DNA from: a virus
Lineage: Duplodnaviria > Caudoviricetes
DNA length: 64,000 nucleotides
Reading direction: 5' to 3' (one strand)
Virus record (IMG/VR): IMGVR_UViG_3300017963_000189
The translations under genes and the position numbers were made by a program. Below the pieces are notes generated by a model, which worked only from the letters and a program-made list of their open reading frames with translations, was not told the DNA's origin and made no database searches. This document shows positions 8,733 through 16,227 of the stretch, one piece after another (positions within the stretch are counted from its first letter, which is position 1; every line of letters begins with the position of its first letter).

Positions 8733-8761
8733 AATATACGAAATTTCAGAGTAAATGTCAA
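8733..8761 (-). promoter_or_regulatory. sigma70-type early promoter
   Basis: TTGACA-N17-TATATT with upstream AAAAAAACAG. Confidence 0.88.
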
Positions 8762-8773
8762 CTGTTTTTTTAA

Positions 8774-9469
8774 TTATTTTGACTTTAGAATAACTATAAC
8801 TCGTCCAGTAGAACTTTCAATTATAACTACTTCATGAGTTTTCTCAAATTTTTTCTTCCAATCAATTAATACTTCAGTATGTCCAGGATCTGCTGCAAAT
8901 GTTTCGTGTTTTGGAGTTGGATATGTGAACACACAATTTTTACATACTCTCATAATTTCATTAGCTGCTTGATCTTTTAGAGCCGGTGGAATGTGTTCGA
9001 TTGTTTCAGTACACCAGCCCCAATCCCATTGATGATCTTCAAAATCTTTCATATCAGTTACATCCATAACATAATCAATTTTTGGACCTGGACGTAAATC
9101 TAATGATTTATATATTTTTGTTCGTTTTCGTAAATTTCCTTTATACGGTACACTTAATCCAGCTCCAATATCAAGTATAGATTTAGCTTTTGTTTCTTCC
9201 GTCAAATGTATAGTTCTTATATAATCACGATTAAATTTATAATTACCATCTTCGCCAAAATATACAGGTGGAACATACCACAAATAATGACGTATCACTT
9301 CCTCGCCATTACGGTGATGATCAACTGCAGTTTCAGGAAAAATATATTCAAATGTTTCTTCCTCTTTTTTCGGCACGTACTTTAAACGTTGTCTTTTTGG
9401 TTCATCAGCTACGTCTTCCGCAGCTTGACTATCAAAAAAATCATTCTTTTTCATTTTCAATCTGCCCAT
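8774..9469 (-). CDS. class I SAM-dependent methyltransferase (Methyltransf_11/23-like) with N-terminal extension
   Basis: ILDIGAG motif I and WCTETIEHI; no DPPY/NPPY or PC motif, so not a classical DNA methyltransferase. Confidence 0.8.
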   Translation of the reverse strand: MGRLKMKKNDFFDSQAAEDVADEPKRQRLKYVPKKEEETFEYIFPETAVDHHRNGEEVIRHYLWYVPPVYFGEDGNYKFNRDYIRTIHLTEETKAKSILDIGAGLSVPYKGNLRKRTKIYKSLDLRPGPKIDYVMDVTDMKDFEDHQWDWGWCTETIEHIPPALKDQAANEIMRVCKNCVFTYPTPKHETFAADPGHTEVLIDWKKKFEKTHEVVIIESSTGRVIVILKSK

Positions 9470-9503
9470 GTAACAACTCCTTTATTTATCTTTTTAAATT
9501 ATT

Positions 9504-9827
9504 TCAACATCCACCCTCAGGATACCTCTTTCCCTCTTTTATTACTCGTATCTCAGAAAGTTCAGGTTTTGGCGGTGGACCTGGACGCGAAGTAGGTACA
9601 TTCGCTTTCCTTCGTCGTTCCCACTCCATAAAACCTTGTATTCCGGTTAACTTACTATCTCCACCACATTCTCTACATAAATAAAAATGACGATTGTATA
9701 TAAGCGCCCAGTGGCCGCGTTCTCGGCGAAATTCTTCACCACATAAACAACACTTGTGCCATATAAATAATGGGAATATACGACCAATACAAGTTATTAT
9801 TTGTGGTTTTTCTACTTGTCTTTTCAT
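9504..9827 (-). CDS. hypothetical protein with CxxC...CxxC
   Basis: CCLCGEE...LCRECGG. Confidence 0.65.
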   Translation of the reverse strand: MKRQVEKPQIITCIGRIFPLFIWHKCCLCGEEFRRERGHWALIYNRHFYLCRECGGDSKLTGIQGFMEWERRRKANVPTSRPGPPPKPELSEIRVIKEGKRYPEGGC

Positions 9828-9830
9828 AAC

Positions 9831-11225
9831 TTACCCCAATCCATCTACTTTCATTTCGTTTATCTTCTCGGCGAGTAACATCTTTTGAACCTTTTCGCCA
9901 CTCTCCATTGATTTCTTTGTTTTCTTTCCCTCATCGGTCTTTTCATCAAAAATTTGTACCTTTCCATTCGACGCATCCATCTTTGACGGAAATACAAATC
10001 CATCCGGACCAAACCTATTCTTTATTACGTGAATACGACCTGTGTGAGCAATCTTGTCTTTCGTCTTTCTTTGAAGTGATATAACAAAGTCGGCGATCAT
10101 TATCTTTCCAAAACTCTCACTTATTCGTCCCGCTTCAATGTGATCATCTTCAAGAGCAGACCTGTTAGCCTGTGACGCTGTCCATAATGGACATTCCATT
10201 TCACCTGCTAAACCTCTTAGATTTTCAAATATACTATCCAACTCAAATCGTTTTTCTGTTGTCTTATATCCACTACTTGTATCTTTTAGTAAGTCGCCGT
10301 AATCAACCACAATCATGTCAGGCTTAAATCCAAATCCCTCACATCGATTTAAATGTGATCTTAATGTTTCTATTCCTGCCGTCTTTGTTGGAAAATACTT
10401 TACAATCAAGTTACCACGTAACTTTTCTATTTGTTTGTATACATCGTCTTGATGAAATTTTATGTCTTGTGACCCAAATCCCGTAATATTAGCATCATAT
10501 CTCAAACCAACATAATCTTCATTTAACTCTAATGTATAATGTACTACATTCTTTCCTTTCGATACTGCGTACGCACCAATGGCGACCAATAACCACGATT
10601 TACCTAATCCTGCTGGAGCAACCACGATTCCCATTTCTCCATTTCCAATACCACCATCAGTTATCTCGTTTAATATATCCCACGGTAATGGAATAACACT
10701 TCTCAATGTGTCAGTTACTCGTCGTTGAAAATATTCTTCCTCTTTGTATATTACACCTATATCTCTCGTTGTTCCTGCTTTCAAGGCTTGATCTATTACA
10801 TTTCTCGCCTCTTCATATTTTTTAATGTTAACCAAATCAACGGCGTCAAATAATGCCAGTTTCATTGTTTGATCTTTAGCAAAATTTAAAAAATTCTCTT
10901 GTACATAATCTAAGTCGGGTGATTCGAAATTCAAATATACATTCTTTAAATTCTCTATTATGGTTTTTTTCATCACCTCTGATGTTACTCTTTTTTCTAA
11001 CTCAGTCTTAAAAACTTCCATTGTTGGCGGTTTTTTGTATTCACCAAAATACTCTTTTATGACCTTTACTAACCATTTATTAGCGTCTGAATCATAATAT
11101 TTTTCTTCCACAATATCATTTATTTGTTCTAAAAATTTGGGATTTTTAACTAATGTAGTTATGGTTTTTGTTTGAAATGAAGTTCCAAATTGAGTTAGAG
11201 TATCAAAATCTTTGTCCATAGGCAA
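9831..11225 (-). CDS. replicative DNA helicase, DnaB / T4 gp41-like
   Basis: Walker A APAGLGKS, HYTLE, IVVDYGD, WTASQANR, KNRFG. Confidence 0.95.
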   Translation of the reverse strand: MPMDKDFDTLTQFGTSFQTKTITTLVKNPKFLEQINDIVEEKYYDSDANKWLVKVIKEYFGEYKKPPTMEVFKTELEKRVTSEVMKKTIIENLKNVYLNFESPDLDYVQENFLNFAKDQTMKLALFDAVDLVNIKKYEEARNVIDQALKAGTTRDIGVIYKEEEYFQRRVTDTLRSVIPLPWDILNEITDGGIGNGEMGIVVAPAGLGKSWLLVAIGAYAVSKGKNVVHYTLELNEDYVGLRYDANITGFGSQDIKFHQDDVYKQIEKLRGNLIVKYFPTKTAGIETLRSHLNRCEGFGFKPDMIVVDYGDLLKDTSSGYKTTEKRFELDSIFENLRGLAGEMECPLWTASQANRSALEDDHIEAGRISESFGKIMIADFVISLQRKTKDKIAHTGRIHVIKNRFGPDGFVFPSKMDASNGKVQIFDEKTDEGKKTKKSMESGEKVQKMLLAEKINEMKVDGLG

Positions 11226-11228
11226 TCA

Positions 11229-12272
11229 CTACTCCTTTGAAGTTTTAGCAAATGTATTTAGTTTATTAAAATTCAGGTTCAACCATGAATCAATGTTTGG
11301 GATGGCACTATAAAGTTTATCTTCCAAGAACAATCTTTTAAGTTGATACCTATTGATTGTACTAACAGGTTCGTCTAAAAGTTCCCTGATTTTAACTTTT
11401 GTTGTACCACTAATTTCTACTTCGCCTAACTTCATTAACTTAAAATTCATCTTTAGTTGTTCTTCGTTTTCCATGATTAATCGGGCGGCTGTGTTCTTTC
11501 CGGGTTGACGATTCGCATACTCCAAAATACTCTCCAATGAAACCTTTTCTTCGTCTAATAATATAGGTAAATGTTTTTGTGCTGTCTTTAATCCTATTCC
11601 CTTTATTCCTGGTATATTATCACTTGAGTCGCCATCTAAAATACGAAAATATATGAGATTCTTTGGCGAAAAATGATAATCTTCCTTGACTGCCTTTTCG
11701 TCGTATAACTTCTTTTTTGTTGGATTCCATACCTTTATCCTATCATCGACAAGTTGTAAAAAATCCTTGTCCGTTGACATTATTACTACTTCCTCTTTCA
11801 ATAACTCCTTTGATACATACGAAATAACATCGTCAGCTTCTATGTTATCATAAATAAACATTTGTAAAGGTAAGTTGTCTAAATAATCTGCTGACCTACT
11901 TATTTGTCTACTCGCTTCGTCAACTTCCTCATCGGGTGTGTGAAAATCGTATGTACGATTTAACCTTACTCGTAAACCTGTTCTATGTGCTTTGTAGTCG
12001 GGATAAATTTTTCGACGGCGAGCTGATCCGCCTTTTCCATCAAATACCACGATACAACGTGTAGGATTTATCGTGCGGATACCAACTGCTATTGTGTTCA
12101 GGAAGCCGACAATACCACCTATATGTGTACCATCGTCATTCATTGCGGGATTTACCGAAAACGCTCTAATGAAATTATTTAAACCATCGATTAATAAAAC
12201 TTTTGAGTTGAGTGATTTGGCGTTTTCGTTTTCTTGTTTAATTTCTTCTAATAGATTATCGATATTAACCAT
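11229..12272 (-). CDS. 5'-3' exonuclease / flap endonuclease (T4 RNase H-like)
   Basis: LIDGLN, VFDG, RRKIYPDYKAHR, EADD, STDKDFLQL, GDSSDNIPGIKGIG. Confidence 0.95.
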   Translation of the reverse strand: MVNIDNLLEEIKQENENAKSLNSKVLLIDGLNNFIRAFSVNPAMNDDGTHIGGIVGFLNTIAVGIRTINPTRCIVVFDGKGGSARRRKIYPDYKAHRTGLRVRLNRTYDFHTPDEEVDEASRQISRSADYLDNLPLQMFIYDNIEADDVISYVSKELLKEEVVIMSTDKDFLQLVDDRIKVWNPTKKKLYDEKAVKEDYHFSPKNLIYFRILDGDSSDNIPGIKGIGLKTAQKHLPILLDEEKVSLESILEYANRQPGKNTAARLIMENEEQLKMNFKLMKLGEVEISGTTKVKIRELLDEPVSTINRYQLKRLFLEDKLYSAIPNIDSWLNLNFNKLNTFAKTSKE

Positions 12273-12288
12273 TTTATTATGTCCTTTA

Positions 12289-12888
12289 TTAGAGTAAAAG
12301 TTTTTTCAAATTTTTATTAAAATGATTGATCAACTTTAAAGAATTTGTCGTATCTCTCCACATAAAATAATGTTCTTCACATCCAGCATACCATTGTGTT
12401 ATTTCTTTTACTCTACATGGATCACGGGTAATATTACCAATAAAAACTGTCCAAAATGGTAAAACATCATTTCCAAGATTACCCTCACTTTTTAATATTT
12501 TTAATAATCCAGGTGTAAAATATTTACATGATCTTTCGTGAGCATTTCCACGACCATCTTGGCGTTTTCCGCCCTCAACCCAACCATCTTGTCGTTTTAC
12601 TTCCACATAAATTGTTTTTTGAGTTTGAGTATTATCAATAGCGTAATCTGGCACGATTCCATGTGTCTCAATCTTTTCTTCTGGAATATAAATTTCTTCT
12701 AATACCTTTTTATCAAGTTCTACATCAACATAAATATTCGTGAATTCTTGCGGACTTTCTCGTATCACAAATTTTGTGTTTTTAAATTCTTGTAAAAAAA
12801 CATTATAAAAATCGTGTTCAGCTATTTTTGCTTTTTTTCCACTATTTTTTTGCCAAGTAGATCTGTTTTTTAATTCTTTTGAGCCCAC
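12289..12888 (-). CDS. munIR: MunI-like type II restriction endonuclease
   Basis: 199 aa, collinear with MunI as recalled: catalytic PD...EVK, EVKRQDGWVEG, recognition motif GRGNAHERSCK, FTPGLL, LPFW, ITRDP, YFMWR. GTG start with AAAGG RBS. Confidence 0.9.
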   Translation of the reverse strand: MGSKELKNRSTWQKNSGKKAKIAEHDFYNVFLQEFKNTKFVIRESPQEFTNIYVDVELDKKVLEEIYIPEEKIETHGIVPDYAIDNTQTQKTIYVEVKRQDGWVEGGKRQDGRGNAHERSCKYFTPGLLKILKSEGNLGNDVLPFWTVFIGNITRDPCRVKEITQWYAGCEEHYFMWRDTTNSLKLINHFNKNLKKLLL

Positions 12889-12898
12889 AAAAACCTTT

Positions 12899-13303
12899 CT
12901 AAGTTGTTTTGTATTTACTCACTATCTTTTGTAAGAAACGAGTTCTGTCGGATAATCTTTTCCAATCATATTCCCAAATAACTTCAATATTGTAACCATT
13001 TTCTTCAGCAGATTTGATTTTCTCTTTATCCTTTTCCCATTTTTCCCAAGCATACCTTTTCTTTACCTTGTCATAAAAATCAGGTGGATAAATGTTTTTG
13101 TTGTAGTGCCACCGATCTCCATTATACTCAATGATTAAATTTAATTCCTTTATGAATATATCATATGGAACGCCATCAAGCATAAATTCATTACGAACCT
13201 TACAGCCGAGTTTTCGAAGTGTCTTAAACACTTCACTGTGACCCTGACTCATTGTCGTTGACCGTCGAACTTTTCTCTTTTTACCACGTTTCTTCTTTTT
13301 CAA
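12899..13303 (-). CDS. DUF559/Vsr-like (very-short-patch family) endonuclease, possibly a free-standing homing endonuclease
   Basis: YDIFIKELNLIIEYNGDRWH...KDKEKIKSAEENGYNIEVIWE; basic N-terminus; TTG start (alternative ATG at Met18). Confidence 0.85.
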   Translation of the reverse strand: MKKKKRGKKRKVRRSTTMSQGHSEVFKTLRKLGCKVRNEFMLDGVPYDIFIKELNLIIEYNGDRWHYNKNIYPPDFYDKVKKRYAWEKWEKDKEKIKSAEENGYNIEVIWEYDWKRLSDRTRFLQKIVSKYKTT

Positions 13304-13305
13304 TA

Positions 13306-13364
13306 TGAATAATCCCGATATGAGTTCTACTATATATAAATAGTGTTCAAATCGGGATTATTCA
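13306..13364 (-). promoter_or_regulatory. 14-bp perfect hairpin sequestering the endonuclease RBS, with a TATTTATA motif (13335-13342) in the loop
   Basis: Arms TGAATAATCCCGAT (13306-13319) and ATCGGGATTATTCA (13351-13364) around a 31-nt loop; no U-tract follows. Confidence 0.7.
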
Positions 13365-13376
13365 CGTTTCTGTTAA

Positions 13377-14519
13377 TTAATCGTCACCAATTATTTCATC
13401 AGTGACTATCATTTCATCCGTACTTAACCCTATGTCCGACTTATCTTTATACTTCATTATTTGAAAATCACAAATCTTGTTGTATAAAAATTCTTTGAAT
13501 TCGGGCTCACTTTCAAGTAATTCGCCCCAATTCTTCGTCTCAAATCGTCTTTCCTCTCCCTTGTGATCAACTATTTTAAATCCAGGGTTGGAACGGGAAA
13601 CTAAATCATTGTCTTTTAAAATCTCTAACCAATTTTCATAGTCATATATACCCCTGTCAAAATAAATGTCAAAGTCGGCGATCCGGTAGGACGGCCCCAT
13701 TCGATTCTTGATTACTTGAGCTCTCGCTTTGATGCCAATTACTTGTTCTTGTGTTCCTATCTTTTGTTTGATTTGACCCATCGCTTTTAACCGGACACGG
13801 ATAGAAGCATGAAACGGCAAACCCTTTCCACCTGAAGTAGTCCAGGGATCACCAAACATTACGCCCATCTTCTGGCGTAACTGATTCGTAAAAATACACA
13901 CAACTCTCTCTTTACCTATCAATCGTGTAATCTTACGAAATGCTGCGGAAACAATTATCGCTTTAGTAGTATTCCAACCCTGCTTCTCATAATCGTTCTC
14001 CATTTCTAATGAAGTTGAAGCAGCTGCTAATGAATCAACTACAATCACTACAAGTTTGTCCTTGTCGGATTCCCTAATAGTTGTAATTATTTGTTCAATA
14101 GTTTGAAATATTTGTTCCACAGTATCAAGTTGGACATATAACATCTTTTCAACATCTACACCAATCGCTTCTAAAAAATCTTTACTTAAAGCATTTTCAG
14201 TGTCAATATAAACACCTACTCCACCTTTCGCCTGAGCACTCGCTATTGAGTGAGCAGCAAGTAATGACTTTCCACTCGATTCTAAACCATTAAATTCTAT
14301 TATACGTCCTGTGGGAAGTCCACCATGCGGGCGGTTAGATATTGCTAAATCTAACATCGAACTTCCGGTTGAAATCCAATCAATCACATCAGTTGGTGTA
14401 TCATCACCAATAAAATGGGCTACCTTTCCATCACTTTTGAATTGTTTGTTCAACACATCCGCTAATGAGTGTACAAGATCGCCCTTTAATTCTTCCTTTT
14501 CAGCTTTCTTTTTCGCCAT
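13377..14519 (-). CDS. uvsX: RecA/UvsX recombinase
   Basis: ISTGS...GGLPTGRIIEFNGLESSGKS, YIDTE, VVDSLAA, FTNQLR, SGGKGLPFHASIR. Confidence 0.96.
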   Translation of the reverse strand: MAKKKAEKEELKGDLVHSLADVLNKQFKSDGKVAHFIGDDTPTDVIDWISTGSSMLDLAISNRPHGGLPTGRIIEFNGLESSGKSLLAAHSIASAQAKGGVGVYIDTENALSKDFLEAIGVDVEKMLYVQLDTVEQIFQTIEQIITTIRESDKDKLVVIVVDSLAAASTSLEMENDYEKQGWNTTKAIIVSAAFRKITRLIGKERVVCIFTNQLRQKMGVMFGDPWTTSGGKGLPFHASIRVRLKAMGQIKQKIGTQEQVIGIKARAQVIKNRMGPSYRIADFDIYFDRGIYDYENWLEILKDNDLVSRSNPGFKIVDHKGEERRFETKNWGELLESEPEFKEFLYNKICDFQIMKYKDKSDIGLSTDEMIVTDEIIGDD

Positions 14520-14534
14520 TTATCCTCTCCAAAA

Positions 14535-14561
14535 TAAAAAATCGGGGAATAAATCCCCGAT
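14535..14561 (-). terminator. intrinsic terminator after ssb
   Basis: ATCGGGGA-N5-TCCCCGAT followed by a U-run on the minus strand. Confidence 0.8.
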
Positions 14562-14567
14562 CATATA

Positions 14568-15368
14568 TTAATTTTCGAACATCTTTTTGAATGCGTCTGC
14601 AGGATTTGCAGCAGGTTTTTCAGCAGTTACTTCCTCTTTTGTTTCCGCAACAGGAGCATCTTGAGTTGTCGTTTCAGTTGTCGTTTCAGTTGTAGTTTCC
14701 TTTTGTTCTTCCGCTGCTTCTTCAGGATTCAAATGTAGTTTCAACGCTTCTTCAAGTTCTTCATATGATTTAAGTTCATACAATTCCTTGATGTCAGGTT
14801 GTTCTTCCGTGATTTTCTTCAATACATCAGGATCTTCCGTGACAGTACTTGGATTTGGTTTAATCCGAACTTTCGGCGTGGCGAATTGTTTACCTTCCTC
14901 TTTCACCGTCCATACAACAATATCACGTCCATTTACAGGATCAGTAATATCACCGTAATCAGGATCAGAGATATGGGAAAGTAAATCTTCATACACAGTT
15001 TTACCGAATCCCCAAAACTTTACACCTTCATGTTCCTTATCACGAACAATAACAGGAGCAAATGTACGAAGTTTAGGCTCTAAAGAACGTCCAAGTTTCC
15101 AACTTTCTTTACTACCCTCTTGTTTAAGTTTTTGGGCGATTTCCATAATCGGATCGCGTTCACCAAATGAAGCTGGAGATAAATAAGTTTTATTATTTAA
15201 CTCGTAATGAAAATACAATTCGATGAAAGGATTTTCAGGATTGAATTTGTAAGGTACGATACGAACCGTTGTTTCTTTCTCAGAAGGTTTCCAAGTAAGA
15301 TTTGATTTTTTGTTGGTTTTCTTTAAGGATTCCAACCGTCCTTTGATTTGTGCTAAGTCTAATGCCAT
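14568..15368 (-). CDS. single-stranded DNA-binding protein, T4 gp32-like
   Basis: VRIVP...PFIELYFHY, SPASFGERDPI, VKFWGFGK, YGDITDPVNGRDI; acidic C-terminal tail. Confidence 0.9.
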   Translation of the reverse strand: MALDLAQIKGRLESLKKTNKKSNLTWKPSEKETTVRIVPYKFNPENPFIELYFHYELNNKTYLSPASFGERDPIMEIAQKLKQEGSKESWKLGRSLEPKLRTFAPVIVRDKEHEGVKFWGFGKTVYEDLLSHISDPDYGDITDPVNGRDIVVWTVKEEGKQFATPKVRIKPNPSTVTEDPDVLKKITEEQPDIKELYELKSYEELEEALKLHLNPEEAAEEQKETTTETTTETTTQDAPVAETKEEVTAEKPAANPADAFKKMFEN

Positions 15369-15414
15369 GATTCATTCTCCTTCTTTAATCATTGATGTTT
15401 AAAAGTTTAAATTA

Positions 15415-15434
15415 CTCAAGCTACACCGCTTGAG
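15415..15434 (-). promoter_or_regulatory. hairpin in the ssb 5' leader
   Basis: CTCAAGC-GGTGTA-GCTTGAG followed by an A/U-rich stretch to the RBS. Confidence 0.5.
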
Positions 15435-15453
15435 ATAACCATTTGTTAAGTTG

Positions 15454-15478
15454 TATAAATATTATACTCTTATAAATA
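15454..15478 (-). promoter_or_regulatory. tandem TATTTATA motifs upstream of ssb
   Basis: Copies at 15454-15461 and 15471-15478. Confidence 0.6.
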
Positions 15479-15536
15479 TGTAAAGTTCCATTATTTTTGA
15501 ACTTTTTTCTTGACTTTTTCACTTTTTTTTCGTAAA

Positions 15537-15833
15537 TTACGGCCAATCAATCCTCATTTCGTTGACCTTTGTATTTACTTCGCCAATAGGTTTTTCCTTT
15601 GGTACTAAATCATAATGTTTTAACATGATCCTCAATACCATCATAGCTATCTCTCTGTCCTTGTCCTTTTCTTCCTCGTCTAACTCACCATAAGGCTTAA
15701 ACATATCCTCTTTCCATCGTTTTAACCTCTCAGGATTTATTGTCTCAGTTTTCGCTATGTCTTTCGCCCATGACATCCATTGCGCATGTTCTAAATCAGA
15801 TAATTCCTCTAATACTTTTTTCTTAATCTTCAT
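15537..15833 (-). CDS. hypothetical protein
   Basis: 98 aa; stop/start overlap with the upstream gene. Confidence 0.7.
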   Translation of the reverse strand: MKIKKKVLEELSDLEHAQWMSWAKDIAKTETINPERLKRWKEDMFKPYGELDEEEKDKDREIAMMVLRIMLKHYDLVPKEKPIGEVNTKVNEMRIDWP

Positions 15834-16225
15834 TATACGTCTCTTATATCAAAAATTTTAGTTTGTATTTTCTTTAATCCATTTTCATCAGTTACTAATA
15901 ATGTGTTTCTAAACTTTGACCAATCTACCTCAAATCTCGGATCAACCTTTCCATCATTTAATAAACTTACTACATGATTTAACGCATTTATAGTGTATAA
16001 TGTGTTTGTTTGTTTCTTACGATGTATTGAAATTGTACTTCTTAGGGCTTCGCCAGATGGATCAAACTCTACATTATATGTACATATCAACTCTCGTTTG
16101 TTATCCAAGTTTTCTAATACATATATCCTACCAAAGGCGATTGTATATGTGTCCAAAATTTCTTCAATCGTTTCTTCTAATTTGTTCTTCCGTGTAAACG
16201 TACACAACAGTTGTGTTTTACTCAT
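15833..16225 (-). CDS. conserved-type phage hypothetical protein
   Basis: TQLLCTF...CTYN...HRKKQTNTLYTINALN, a pattern I recall from large myovirus replication regions. Confidence 0.75.
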   Translation of the reverse strand: MSKTQLLCTFTRKNKLEETIEEILDTYTIAFGRIYVLENLDNKRELICTYNVEFDPSGEALRSTISIHRKKQTNTLYTINALNHVVSLLNDGKVDPRFEVDWSKFRNTLLVTDENGLKKIQTKIFDIRDV

Positions 16226-16227
16226 AA

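Noticed and set aside
8774-9469. The SAM methyltransferase as cognate of the MunI-like enzyme
   Set aside because: No DPPY/NPPY/SPPY or PC catalytic motif; it resembles small-molecule methyltransferases.
13306-13364. The hairpin after uvsX as an intrinsic terminator
   Set aside because: It has a 31-nt loop and no U-tract on the coding strand; it is reinterpreted as an RBS-sequestering structure.
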